A stretch of DNA of 62,601 nt, the filler included. It is 12 parts of 12 records of this genome, joined end to end, with 100 filler letters (N's around TTAATTAATTAA, not from the genome) between each part and the next. Parts side by side here need not be neighbours in the genome. Positions count along the whole stretch, not along the records: positions 24,759 to 29,158 come from SRR7504441_15801; positions 29,259 to 34,169 come from SRR7504441_15802; positions 34,270 to 40,732 come from SRR7504441_15803; 9 more parts are not named here. One strand, given 5' to 3'. How positions within the stretch are numbered: position 1 is the stretch's first letter; each line of letters opens with the position of its first letter. A program made the position numbers and the translations under genes. The notes under the pieces were generated by a model. That model was not told the origin of the DNA, ran no database searches, and saw only the letters and a program-made list of their open reading frames with translations. This document shows positions 24,759 to 37,200 of this stretch, piece by piece.

Positions 24759-27334
24759 CAGGTCTAGTCAGCTCAGCCAGGCCCAGCTCCAGGACGGGCG
24801 CACCGCCTTCCAGCGGCTGCTCGACGGCCGGACCGGTGTGCCGGTGCCAGAGGTGGCCGGGCTGGTCGGGTCGATCGGGGGCGCTTCACTCGGGCCGCTG
24901 GTCCGGCCGGCGGTCGGCGGGGATCTGGTCGAGGAGCCGCAGTGGCTCGAGCTGCTGTCGGGGGTCAAGGCTAACCACGGCGAGCGCGAGCTGAACCGCG
25001 GGCTGGCTCGGTGGCTGCAGCAGGTGACGCAGGCTATGGCCGACAAGCGCCCGCCACAGGGGCTCCACCGGGACGACGGGGCCGCCGGGTTCGTGCCGCA
25101 GGTGGCCGAGCGGCCGGCCAGTCGAGTGGTGCTGGCGGATGACCAGCAGCTGACAAAGCTGTCCGACGCCGAGCGGGAGGCGTCGATCGCGGCGTTCCGG
25201 GCGATGGACCAGGATGGCGACTATCGGGTCACTCGGGCCCAGCTGGCCGTGCTCTGCAGCCCGCCAACTGACGACCCCGAGGTGGCCGAGCTGGAGAAGC
25301 GGATGGCCCAGGCGGAGACGGGGCTGGTCCTGCTCCGACAGCAGGCGGCCGGCTCGAATGCCCCGGACCGAGGGGCTGAATCGGCAGCTAAGTTGGCGGC
25401 TGCTGAGCATGAGCTGGTGGAAATGAAAGAGGAACTCGAGGCAAGGACAGGTCGACTGGACGAGGCAGAGAGGATGCTCAAGGCGGTAGGTGACGATAAC
25501 GGCTCGCTGGACCAGACCGAATGGCTCCAGCTCTGCCGGACAGTCAAACAGTACCGTGGCGCCAAGGGGCACGCACGCTGGCTGGGGGCAGTACGCACAA
25601 AGGCCGAGCGTGGACTGGGAACCAAGGAAGAGCATTCTGGCAAGACATTTGTGCCAGCGGCAGCAGGCCGGCCAGCGAGCCATGTGCTCGAGGTGGAAAC
25701 TGCTAAGTTGCTGCCGGTGGACCGAGAGGCTGTAGAGAGAGTGTTTAGCAAACTAGATAAGGATGGCTCCATGCAGCTCGGTGTGCGGGAACTGACCGCC
25801 ACCTGCTCTGGCCAGCTGGTGGAGAACGGTAAGATGGCCAAATTGCAGTGGGGGTTGGAAAAAATGACTGAAAGCAACCCTGAGGGTAATCGGATGGCCC
25901 AGAGCCAGGATTGTAGCAGTCAAGTGGCCGCTGCCTGGAATCTCAAGACAGAGCCGGTCACCATTAGTGCCGAGTTCGTCAGTAAGCGAGTCACAAAGCA
26001 ACCTAAACTCAACCCGCCAGAAGAAAAGGCTGCCAAGGACCTTTTTCGACTCCTTGACTCCAATAAGGCACAGCAGCTGTCCCTGAAAGACATGGAGCGA
26101 GCGGATATGCTTCGGGCAGCAAAGGCACGAGATCAAGCTCAGTTTGACAAGCGAATGGAGGTGGCTGCAGGTCAGCTTGACCCTCAAGTGCTGAACCGCA
26201 TAGATGCAAAGCCAAAGTTCCGCATTCCTACTAAGCAGGAGGTAATGGAGCAGAAAGGCGTGCGTAGCTTGGGTCAAGGGAGTAGAGAGCATTCCTCGGC
26301 ATTGGTTAATTTTAAAAGACAAAGCCGACTGCATTAATTTCCTGCTAGACCAGAAGAAATTGCTGAGAAACATTTACCTTAAAGCGTCAGGGACCGGGAT
26401 TGATGCTGCCGAGAAAGCATTTAAGCTGCAAAAGCAGCAATGGCTCAAGTTTGGAAAGGATGCCGGCATAATGAAAGGCCTCAGCAACCCAGAACTTGAG
26501 AAGGTGTTCACAGCGTGCAAGCAGAAGCTGCGCAATGAAGAGAAAAAGGCGACTAAGAAGAAGAGTGAACGGGCAGATCGCGGGAAGAAGAAAGCAGGTG
26601 AGAAGGACGAGGCCGAAGATCTGCAGCTCGATGAATTTGTGGAGTCCCTGCTGAGATTGGCAGTGCTCAAGATGAAATCAACTGGCGTCAATGACAGTGG
26701 GGCCACGGTGGTGCTGACAACATCAGAAAGACTCAAAACAATGTTCGAAGGGCACCTAGTTCCCTATCTGGCAGATCAGGACTACGAAAACTCTACAATC
26801 GAAGGGAGGGACACTGAGGAGGTTGCCTGCTCTGAGTGCTCACAGCCTGACCTGAAATTGTATAGGTCGAGCAAGTGCTCAAGATTGTGCTACCGAGGCT
26901 GAAGAAGTTTTATAGGAAGTATGGCGGCGCAAATAAGCAGGGGGATTCTGATATTGATGTAATCGAGCTGATGCTGGCATTTAAGGTGCGGTCTAGTCTG
27001 AGGGGCCTTTCGACGCTGCCCATGCAGGATGCATCACTGTTTGACACCACATTGAGCTTTTCAAAAGCGTTGGAATTCTTTGTCAAAGCAAATCATGAAG
27101 AGGTGGAAGAGTACCTCAATGACATGCCCGACTATAACAGGGTCACTGACATGAGCTTAGAATTCGATGAGTTTGTGGAGGTCCTGGTTGGCTGCGCTTC
27201 GGTGAGTGCATCCATCTTGCAAGAGCTTTGTGATATGGGTGACGCAGGTGCAAAAGAAAAAGAAGGCGGATGAACCGCTGCACCTTCGCTTAGAGGCGTT
27301 CTTTGATAGAATGCTAACTAATGTGCGCATGTGA
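24759..27334 (+). CDS. Multi-EF-hand protein, 5'-truncated, several introns
   Basis: FRAMDQDGDYRV, DDNGSLDQTEW, FSKLDKDGSMQL, FRLLDSNKAQQL loops. Internal repeat VPxxAxRPAS(R/H)V. C-terminal LQLDEFVESL / LEFDEFVE. Confidence 0.7.
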
Positions 27335-27533
27335 CATACATCCATACATCAATAATACATCCAAGGTTTTGGCATTAATAATGTGTATTCCATGGCATAA
27401 TTATAATTATTCCTTGAACCTCTCGATGCGTACTCGACATAACGATACAAGGATACACTATATGGTGCGAACCGGTAGGCGAACCGGTTAACCGGCACTC
27501 ACGAGTGCGATTTACTTGAGAGAGCTCCTTGCG

Positions 27534-29072
27534 CTAATTGCACGGTTGAGTACCGAAGGCAGATGGAACCAATCCACCACAATTGCATCCACCAGTGCCA
27601 TCCTCCACACGCCCGTGCTCGTACAGCGGTGGGTAGCAGTTTTGGCACTCAGTAGCTGCAAGTGGGCACCCTGGGCCCTCCGTGACGGCACCGTTGCTCC
27701 ATCTGATGACGCCCTTGTTGTTCGTGTGATTAAAGACCACTGTCGTGACTGATCTCTGCCCAAATGTCCTAGTCGAGATGCCTGCGCTCTCGTCGTACTG
27801 AGCCAGGCCTTGAGCCTCCCCAAGCGGCCAGTCAAACTCCGGCAGCCACCGCTTTTTTACGTCGTTGATCCCAAGCGGATCCCAGCAGCTCTGCGTGATC
27901 TGCCAGCCGAAGGGGCCGCTGAAGTAGGCCATTGGGCCTGTGCCGAGCAGAAAGGCGGCCAGCGAGTCACGCACGTCGGCGTTGGTCTTGTGTGGGCCTG
28001 AGCCGTACATATTGGCGTGGACTTGGACTACTTGTCCTGCTCGCACGGCTGCCTGAATGGCCCCGTATTGGCCGACAGTGAAGGTCTCGAGCATGAAACC
28101 GTTGGTGTACTTGTTCTGGCCACCGTTGGCCACGAGCGTTCCGTTGGCGAGCGCAGTCGTGAGTGACTTGAGAGCATGCTGGTGCCCGTTCACCCAAGCA
28201 CTGGCCTTGTCCTTGGTCAGATTCCACGCCTTCATCACGCCTTGCACTCCAATCGAAGCCGGTTGGCCAGGGGCTGCGGGGTCATCGCCACCCATTGCAG
28301 CATAGTCTGCAAAGCAGCCATCGGCCATACCGTCACGAGTAGCGTTCAGGCATATCTCAGCCCACACCTGCTGCACCGCCGGCTGCGCATGGTCATAAAT
28401 GTGATTGTTGGCATAAGAATCAAAGACGAACCCTCCCGAGGAGTTGCGCAGGCACCAGTCCGGATTGTCTCGCACAATCGCGTTGTCCGCCCGGTACACT
28501 GTCCGCGAGTGCTCTCATGGCCCGGGCGCCTAGGCCAGCGCACCTGTTGGGTTCCACAGCTTTGTCTGCTGGGGCCCCACTCGGCCCATGGCGTCCGGCT
28601 GGTCGTTGGTCCACATCCGGCCAGAGTCGTGGTAGAATATGGCCGCCAGCCCGGGACTGTGCTGCTTGAGCTGCCGGATCGCTGCGAGCGTGTGATCCTC
28701 CACGAACAGCCCAGCTGCGTCAGCCGTCGCCCCCTCCGGTGCCTCTTCGCAGCTGCAGTTGCACCCTGCAAGGTGCGGCCCGGCTGCGTCGGTGGGGCAG
28801 GCTGGGTTGCCGTGAGTGCTGTTGAGCCAGCACCCAGGAGGTCCCCACTGAGCCCGGTGCCGGGCAAAGCACCGCTGGTGCTGACCCATGAAACGTTCGA
28901 TGTTCACCATCGGGAATCGGCCGAGCACCTCCAGCGCCGCTGGACTCCATGGCCCGCTGGTGTTGCACGTGTGCGTGAACGCCATCTGTCCGACCGTCTC
29001 CCACGACCAGGACGGCCTGATCGGCTCGGCGCGCCCCGCGGCCAGTAGCAATGCAAGCAGCGCAGCGTACAT
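27534..29072 (-). CDS. Secreted putative glycoside hydrolase (GHL15-like TIM barrel), one intron (28499-28543)
   Basis: Signal peptide MYAALLALLLAAGRA. PSWSWET..AFTH.CN, RFPMVNIER, IYDHAQPAVQQVW, DGCFAD, LAAFLLG, PEFDWPLGE resemble the hypothetical GH family seen in protists and bacteria (recalled, not searched). Confidence 0.65.
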
Positions 29073-29293
29073 GCTCCGGCGGTGAGCTACCGGGTGTGCT
29101 GGGGGGGGGTGGTGGGGCTGTGCGTGGCGAAGAGCGTGGAGGAGGTGGCCGGGATGGTNNNNNNNNNNNNNNNNNNNNNNNNNNNNNNNNNNNNNNNNNN
29201 NNTTAATTAATTAANNNNNNNNNNNNNNNNNNNNNNNNNNNNNNNNNNNNNNNNNNNNTAGGTTGGTGGTTGACACCGGGATCCACGCAAAGC

Positions 29294-30880
29294 ATGTTGC
29301 GGTGGGCTGCAGTGGCTCTGTGCGCCGCCGCGGCGTTGGCGGCCGGGTCGCGGCCCAAGGCGATAGTCACCATCCTGATCGACGACCTCGGCAGCTATGA
29401 CACGGCGGTAAACAACCCGGCGCTGGTGAATATCACGCCCGAGCTGTACAGCCTGTCGCACCAGCACGGCATGAGGCTCTCCCGCTTCTACACCTTCAAA
29501 TATTGCAGCCCTACCCGACGGGCGATGCTCTCCGGCCGGTTCCCGGTGCATGTGAGCGGGATGCAGGCCCAACCGTGCGACAACACGCTGCCGGTGGAGC
29601 TCACTCTGCTGTCCCAGAAGCTCAAGCAAGCCCCGAGCCCGTGGGCCTGCCACTTCGTGGGTAAGGGGCACCTTGGCTACCCGACCACCGACCACCTGCC
29701 CATCAACAGAGGGTTTGATTCGCACGTCGGGTACCTGGCTGGGGCCGAGGACTACGACCATGGCTTCAACTACGGTCCGTCGCACGACTGCGGCGGGACA
29801 CCCAAATCGTGCGTGCACGACTTTTGGCACGACCACAAGCCAGGGGACGACCTGGTGGACCAGATATACTATTCGACCAACTACTACACTGAGCGGGCCC
29901 AGCAGCTAGTCCTGGCGCACGCAGCAAACCACACCGGCTCTCCGCTGTGGCTGCATCTGACTTATCAGGGGGTGCACTCGCCGTATGTGTCACCGCCTGC
30001 GTGGGAGCAGATCAGTCCGGAGCAAGACAAGGCCATATGGGACCACACGTTCGGGAGCATGCTGGCTGTTGTGGATCGCGGGATCGCCAACTTGACTGCA
30101 ACGATCAAGCAAGCAGGGCTCTGGGAAGACACTCTTCTGATAATTACCAGCGACAATGGAGGGATCGGGCCTGGCAATAATTACCCGCTGCGCGGCTGCA
30201 AGGCCACTCCGTGGGAAGGCGGGGTCCGAGTGATGGGCTTTATGACCGGTGGTTTCCTGCCAAGATCGCTGGTCGGAACGAGCTATGATCAGGCCATCTC
30301 AGTCGCGGACTGGTACCCCACCATTTGCGGGCTAGCTGGGGTGCCAGACTGCACCGATAATGTGGATATTCAAGGCCGGGTGCGAGGGATCGATGGGATT
30401 GATGTTTGGCCGAGCATCACAGCAGCGGCCAGCCAGGTCGGGCCTCAGTACAATCACGAGTACCTACCACTTACTCCGGAAGCCATCATTTACCAAGATC
30501 GCTGGAAGCTCATCACCAACGCGCAGCCGACCTGGTGGTATGACCCAGCCACCAGCCAGCATTTGAACGACAATCGGACCGGGTGGCCTTGCAGGAACAG
30601 TGACAACCCAACCCATTGCAACATATGCACGGGCCAGTCCCCGTGCCTATTCGACGTTCAGAACGACCCGGGCGAAAGGACCGACCTTTCCAGTCAGCGG
30701 CCGGAGCTCGTGCAGCAGCTCAAGACCAAGATGGCCGAGTATCAGCCTTACATTCCGAACCCAGCGTGGGACCCGATCAAGAATGCGACAATCCGGGCCA
30801 AGTATGAGTGTGTCACCGACATCCGCCCGTGGTGGGGCAACTTCAGTGGGCCGTGCTGCAAGCCAAAGTCCGTACCCTGA
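29294..30880 (+). CDS. Secreted formylglycine-dependent sulfatase (arylsulfatase B-like); intronless
   Basis: Signal peptide, ILIDDLG, CSPTRRAMLSGR, GKGHLG, PINRGFD, TSDNGG, NNYPLRGCK..WEGGVR. Confidence 0.95.
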   Translation: MLRWAAVALCAAAALAAGSRPKAIVTILIDDLGSYDTAVNNPALVNITPELYSLSHQHGMRLSRFYTFKYCSPTRRAMLSGRFPVHVSGMQAQPCDNTLPVELTLLSQKLKQAPSPWACHFVGKGHLGYPTTDHLPINRGFDSHVGYLAGAEDYDHGFNYGPSHDCGGTPKSCVHDFWHDHKPGDDLVDQIYYSTNYYTERAQQLVLAHAANHTGSPLWLHLTYQGVHSPYVSPPAWEQISPEQDKAIWDHTFGSMLAVVDRGIANLTATIKQAGLWEDTLLIITSDNGGIGPGNNYPLRGCKATPWEGGVRVMGFMTGGFLPRSLVGTSYDQAISVADWYPTICGLAGVPDCTDNVDIQGRVRGIDGIDVWPSITAAASQVGPQYNHEYLPLTPEAIIYQDRWKLITNAQPTWWYDPATSQHLNDNRTGWPCRNSDNPTHCNICTGQSPCLFDVQNDPGERTDLSSQRPELVQQLKTKMAEYQPYIPNPAWDPIKNATIRAKYECVTDIRPWWGNFSGPCCKPKSVP

Positions 30881-31069
30881 TGGCCTGATAGCAAGATTAA
30901 TTATCCATCGATCAGTTCAAATTAATTATAAACATGTATATTTATTTGTGATCTATAATACTATCAAGTACATGTACAAGTAATGTACAAACTTGTAGCT
31001 AACACTAAACCTACAAGACTTCAAGAATTGCTGGCAGCACAATCATGATTGTGAGTAACAACTGAGCGC

Positions 31070-32834
31070 TTACAACAACGACGCGAGCCACTGGAGAATA
31101 AACTTGAGCCATGGAGCGCACCAGCGGTAAGCTGGCGTAAACTTGAGCACCAGCAGCACCAGCAGCACCCGTAGGACTTGAATCGTTCGCTTTGAGAAAG
31201 GATAGGTCAGTGAGCCAACTAGCAGCTGCTTCCATTTCCGGTCGTACGGAGGGAACCGAGCAGGGATCTCGAAATATGGATGCCGCTTGAGCACACCCTT
31301 CTCGTGAGAGAAAGTCTCGAACGACCACTTGCCGTGGTATGATCCCATCCCTGAATTGCCAACACCTCCGAACGGAATCGGAGCACAGAACTGGAGCAAA
31401 ATGTCGTTGACCACCGCGTGCCCGGCCGTGGTCTCGCGCAGGAGCCGTTCACTCACAGCGCTGTCGTTGCTAAAAATGTACCTGGGCCGCCGCTCAGTGG
31501 GCTGGCGGCTCTGAGGCGCACATGGCAAGAGGTTTGTCGTTGGCGTTGATACGATTAATGACATCATCGAGCTCCTTGTAGTGCAGGATCGGCAGGATCG
31601 GCCCTGCCCGGCTATCACCAGCCAGCGGCCGGGCCGCCCACCGAAGATCTCGTCTGCCATCGATTCCGACTGTTCGAACGCCGCTGAGTCCAAATGAAAG
31701 TCCATCAAAGTAGGTGCCATGTACAGCTTGTCGCGGTCCGAACTCCCGCCGACCACTGTGTACTTGCGCCCGTCGGCCAGCACCTGCTCCAGGCGGTCGA
31801 ACGCCCGCGCATTGACGATCCTGGCCAGGTCTGCCGAGCTCTGTCCCTAATGTCAGTCTGAGCAGCTCGCAAGACTCGCCTCGGGCTCAGAGCCATAGAA
31901 GTCGTAAAGCACGTCCTTGCACAGGTCCACAAACCGGGCGGCCACCTCGTGGTGCACGAACACGTGGTCGGCCGAGACGCACGTCTGGCCTGCGTTGGTG
32001 AACTTGCCTGCCGGAGCCAGTGACCGGCGCTCGCTGGCCAGCCCGCACCCCAAAGGAGCCTCCTGGCCGCAACGGCCAGGTCGCAGTTCTTGTCCACAAT
32101 CACCGGGCTCTTGCCCCCGAGCTCGAGCACGGTAGGGCACAGATGCCTGGCTGCGGCCTCGGCCACCATCTTGCCGACCCTCATCCCGCCTGTGAAGAAG
32201 ATGTGGTCAAACTTGGGCTTGAGCACAGCCTGGGTGCCCTCGGCCCCGCCCTCGACCACCTGGACAGCCTGCAGGTACTTGGGCACCAGCTCGGCGATCA
32301 GCCTGGCCGTGTGCCCCCCGTACTTGGGCGAGGAGGTCTTGATCATCACCGCGTTCCCAGCTGCGATCGCGCCCACCACTGGGAGCAGAGTCAGGTGCAG
32401 CGGGTAGTTCCAGGCCCCGATGATCAGACAGACCCCGAGCGGGTCGTGGTACAGCGCCGCCTTGCCGTGCCCGGTCATCGAGATCACCAGGTGCTCCAGA
32501 GGGTCCATGGCCACCCCAGTCGGCCGGGCCCAATCCTCCAAGTGGTCCAGGTGGTGCTGCAGCTCGTGCTCCACCGGGTTCACCTCCATGTTGTACCCCT
32601 CAAACTCGCTCTTCCGGAGGTCCTTCTTCAGCGCCTCGGTCCAGCGGTTCCGGTTCTGCCCCGCCGGTTGGGCGTGGCGGCCGTGCGGCGCACCTCGCGC
32701 ATCATGGCCATGAAACTGCGGAGCTGGGCCAGCCGGAACGGGATCGGGCGGGTCTCGCCCGCATTGAACTGCCGCCGCAGGTCGTCCGCCAGCGACTGCG
32801 CGTGCTTGTCCAGGTCAGCTTGCTTGTCCCCCAT
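31070..32834 (-). CDS. ALDH3: Aldehyde dehydrogenase family 3 (fatty aldehyde DH) with C-terminal membrane anchor, about 5 introns
   Basis: PLGVCLIIGAWNYP, FDHIFFTGG, LELGGKSP, KFTNAGQTCVSAD, EIFGPILP, PFGGVGNSGMGSYHG, hydrophobic tail. Confidence 0.93.
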
Positions 32835-32920
32835 CCTTGTCCCTTGTCGGATGAAGAGACCCCGCACGTGTACACCTCGAGGGTGGCGCGTCCGTTGGAA
32901 ACTGCGCTGATCAAGATCCT

Positions 32921-33396
32921 ATGGATATCAGGCACCTCCTGGCCCTGGCGGGGCTCCTGGCGGCGGTGAGCGCCAACTCGATGATCGAGGGCACCGGGAC
33001 GGACGGGGCGGCCCAGAACAAATGCTGCGGGGACGTGGGGAACCAGTTCACCGGCAGACTCTTGCACGCGGACAAGAACAGCGCCTGCCCGAGCGGCACC
33101 CTGCAGGGGGTCCAGCCGGTGCTCATCAAAGACACGAACTCCGACGTGGTCACATGTGAGGCCCGCCCCGCGCTGGCCGCCCCCTGGGGCTGCCGGCCAC
33201 TCTGGATGTGACGTAGGCCAAGAGCGCTGACCGGTTGCGCTTGGCAGGTGACTGCGGCATGGCGCAGACTGGCTGCCGCAGCTCTGGGATCGCGCCCAAC
33301 AACGACGGGACATCGGCAACGAAAGCGCCCGGAGGCCACTACACGACGAGAGACCTCGACGAGAATAAGCCAAGTCTCAAGAGTAGGAGGTACTAG
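32921..33396 (+). CDS. Small secreted Cys-rich protein (about 128 aa), probable intron 33156-33247
   Basis: Signal peptide MDIRHLLALAGLLAAVSA. Splicing GTGAG...CTGAC...GGCAG gives ...NKCC...SAC...VVTCDCGMAQTGC...RRY-stop (6 Cys). Confidence 0.6.
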
Positions 33397-33680
33397 TAAG
33401 CTTACTAAGTTGGCCGGTCGGCTATTATAGCGAAGCCTAAGCGAAGCCGCCCGGCGACAAAGTCTCTTGTCGCCGTTCTAACCAAAAATCAATCAATTTG
33501 ATGCACACTCAGTTTCTCTGATCTCATTACAGCTTTATTCAAGGAAAGATCCTAATTAACTCGTCCACACTGGGTCGCATAGGTCCCTGATCTCATTACG
33601 TACGTATTCTAGACTTGATTAGAGGCCCGCTCCTTTTGGAAGCAGGGCTTACAAATTAATTAATAATCAAGTACGCCCAC

Positions 33681-34169
33681 TTAGTATCTACCGGGCGGAA
33701 CTCTCCTCCTCGGCGAGGGGAATCTATGGGCCCGTGCCTCCCCTCTTTTACTGTTAGGCGACCCGCCAACAGAAGATCGCGGAGGCGATCCAACCACTCG
33801 ATCTAGTGTAGCGGGTAGGCTGGCGCTGTTTGCTGTCCTCCGGAATCGCTCGCCCATGGAGACAATAACATGATCACCATGTTTCAGCTGACCAGTGGAG
33901 AACAGCTCTCGGCCTGCCGGGTCGAAAATTCGCCGAGCCTGCCGGTCCAGGTTTAGCTTTTTAGTCGCCTCGTCAAGAAGCTGGCCGAGGTTTAAAGCTC
34001 GGATCTGCACTGCGCTATACGCGCCCTTATTTGGGAAAACCCTCACCACTGGCCGGACAGCATGCATAAGCTCTGCCGGAGTGTAGGCACAGAACCTCGC
34101 ACGGGATGATGGAGGCACCCAATGGTCGCAACACGATTCCTCTTCCTGCAGCTGGTCTGGTAAGCTAGG
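33681..34169 (-). CDS. Doublecortin (DCX) domain protein, 3' fragment
   Basis: VRVFPN...LGQLLDEATKKLNLDRQARRIFDPAGREL...HVIVSMGERF matches the DCX consensus. Followed by a Ser/Pro-rich tail. Confidence 0.8.
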   Translation of the reverse strand, partial: PSLPDQLQEEESCCDHWVPPSSRARFCAYTPAELMHAVRPVVRVFPNKGAYSAVQIRALNLGQLLDEATKKLNLDRQARRIFDPAGRELFSTGQLKHGDHVIVSMGERFRRTANSASLPATLDRVVGSPPRSSVGGSPNSKRGEARAHRFPSPRRRVPPGRY

Positions 34170-34269
34170 NNNNNNNNNNNNNNNNNNNNNNNNNNNNNNN
34201 NNNNNNNNNNNNNTTAATTAATTAANNNNNNNNNNNNNNNNNNNNNNNNNNNNNNNNNNNNNNNNNNNN

Positions 34270-37200
34270 ACAAGTCTCTACTGGAGCGGGTGCTACAATG
34301 TTCACTACAACACTTGCAGCATTCCAAGTCTTGCTGTGCAAGTCTGCCCGCCAGGACAGCGTTGTGGTGGGGATACCCTATCATGGTCGTGAAAGCGCTG
34401 ACTTTGATAACATGATTGGCTTTTTTGTCAACACGTTGGCATTCTACTCGGAAGTTCAGTGGGACAGCTCATTCATGAGCTTCTTGAAAGCCACACAGCC
34501 TAGAATGGAGCAGGCCTTGCTGCATGGTCAGGTGAATTTCAAGGACGTAGTGCAGGCCCTTGGGCTACCATCAGATCCCTCCCGAAACCCGATTTTCCAG
34601 GTAATGTTCCTGTGGGTGGAGGCTAGAACACAGCCAAAGCTGGGCGAGATGCCAATGGTGCCGTTCATGGTGGACAATGGGACGTCCAAATTTGATCTTA
34701 CTCTTGATCTTGAAGTCGGACCTTCAGGAGAGCTGCATGGTTTCCTGGAGTATTGTACAGAGCTGTACGAGCAAGGCAGCATTGAACGCATGGCAGATCA
34801 TCTACGTGTGCTACTGCAAAGCATTGGAACTCAACCAGAGACGCCAATGTCGCATCTAAGTATGCTTCATGAACAAGAACAGGCCATACTAAACGAATGG
34901 AACGGCGCGGCTGAGTACGATTGCGAGCTGGAGGGGCTGCCCAAGCAGTGCGTTCACGAGATGATCGGAAAGCAAGTCGACCGGAGCCCGTCCAGCGTCG
35001 CCCTGCGGTACGAATGGACCGACCGGAGCTACGCACAGCTGTGGCAGGCAGCCTCGCAGGTGGCCGTGGCGCTGCGGGCGAATGGGTGCAGTGTGGGGAG
35101 CTTTGTTCCTCTGATGGTGGATCGGAGCATAGAGATGATGGTCGGCATGGTTGGGATTCTGATGGCCGGATGTAGCTACTCTCCTTTTGCGCCGTACATG
35201 CCTGCAGAGCGGCTGGAGTTCATGGCGAGCGACCTGGATGCCAGTGTAGTGCTCACAGTGGAGAAGCACCAGAAGCTGGCTGGCTCGATAGGGGTGGGCT
35301 GCGTGCTTCGACTGGACAAGGACATTGATCAGGCCGCGGTCAAGAAGTACCAGCTGCCTGAGATGGGGCCGACTCAGAACATGATGTGCCTGTATACTTC
35401 AGGTTCGACTGGCACGCCAAAGGCAGTGGCACTGAGCCACCAGGCCGTGATGAGTCACCTATGGTATATTGTGAAGGAGTACGATTACACCTCGGCCGAC
35501 CGGTACCTGCAGAGCGTGTCATTCACATTTGTGGCGTCGCTGCCTGAGCTGTTTGGGGTGTTGCTGGTGGGCGGATGCGTGGTGTTGGCGCAGCCGGATG
35601 CGCTGATGGACATGGAGGCACTGGGCGAGTACATGGCAACCCAGGAGGTGACATTGGCGCAGTTCATCCCATCTGTGATGAGCGCGTTCCTTGAGCTGTC
35701 CAGTCTGAGCTGCAAGAAGCTCCGTGCGGTGGTGCTGACTGGTGAGCCGCTGCCACTGGCGCTTCTGGAGAAGGTGACCAACCATCGACCAGATGTGCTG
35801 TATTTGAATCACTATGGCTGTACCGAAGTGACCGACACTACCACGGTGTTCAAGATCCGCGGTCCGCCCAAGGCGCAGTACAAATGCGTACCAGTGGGCA
35901 AGCCGGTGCCTTACCGGATCACGCTGGTGCTTGATCCTCAAAGGCAGCCTGTGCCGATCGGGGTGCCTGGTGAGCTGTTCGCGGTCGGGGTCGGGCTTGC
36001 GACTGAGTACTTGAAGCGGCCTGAGCTGACAGCTGAGAAGTTTGTGACGGGGCTGTGTGGATATGACAGGGCATATGCGACAGGCGACTTGGTGCGCTGG
36101 AAGCACAATGGCGAGATGGAGTGTTTGGGTCGGATGGACTTCCAGGTGAAGGTGAACGGACTGCGGATTGAGTTAGGCGAGATCGAGGGCGCGGTTTCCA
36201 AGCACCCTGCAGTGAACGAGGCAGCAGTGTTGCTGCAGGATCTTCAGCTGATTGCTTATGTATCGCCACCCCCAGAAGACGGCGGTGCGGGTCTGCTGGA
36301 GCATTGCCGGAGTCTGCTACCTGGGTACATGGTGCCCGTGGCGGTGATTGGGATGTCGGAGTGGCCTCGCAACGCGAATGGCAAGCTTGACCGCAAGGTA
36401 CTGCCTAAATATGAAAAGCCTGCTGCTGTCTCAATGAGTTCATATGAGGCTCCGTTGTCTGGAGAACTTGCTGCTCCTTATGTCGCGTTTGTGGCCAAAG
36501 TTGTTTCCGGGATCGTGGGATCACCTGTGGCAGCTCTGAGCAACACTGTGTTCCAGCTCGGTGGTACTTCCTTATCTGTTGCTCGCATCACCTCAGAGCT
36601 CAGGAAGGTGTCGCCAGGGATCACTCTGCGACAGATCTATGCAAATCCCTCCATTGGGGCAATCGCAGAGCTCATCAAAGATGACTTCATCGCTGCTCAA
36701 GGTTGCGGTGATGCAGCAGCCCCGGCTGACAAGCGAGACCCATCTCGGCCACGCATAATCAACTATCAGCACAGGCTATTCTGCCTTGGCTGGGTTGTCT
36801 TCTTCTTGGTAATCCTGCTCGATGCTGCAATAACAGCGTGTGTCAATATGATTCCATGGTTCTGGCTGGTCTTGGCCGTCACAGATCGGTCAGATGCGGC
36901 TGTGCACAATGGTGTGAATGTCTTGGGACTCAAGCTAGTCCTCGCGACAGGCTGGGATCTGGTCGCCATCCTGATTATCTTCTCGCTTGTGGCTACCTAT
37001 GTACCTGGGCTGGTGTTTATGATTCTGCACATGCTGTTCAAGTGGTTACTGATGGGCAAGTACGAGCCTGGGCAGCACCCAGTGTATGGCTTCTACTACT
37101 TGCGCTGGTGGTTTGTGCATCGCCAGTCACTCAAAGTGCGCTACGCGCATTATTGGCTCAACATTTTTGCTCGGACACCTTTGCTGGTTGGCTATCTGCG

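Noticed and set aside
27534-30880. Glycoside hydrolase + sulfatase as a polysaccharide-degradation locus
   Set aside because: They are on different contigs (spacer 29159-29258).
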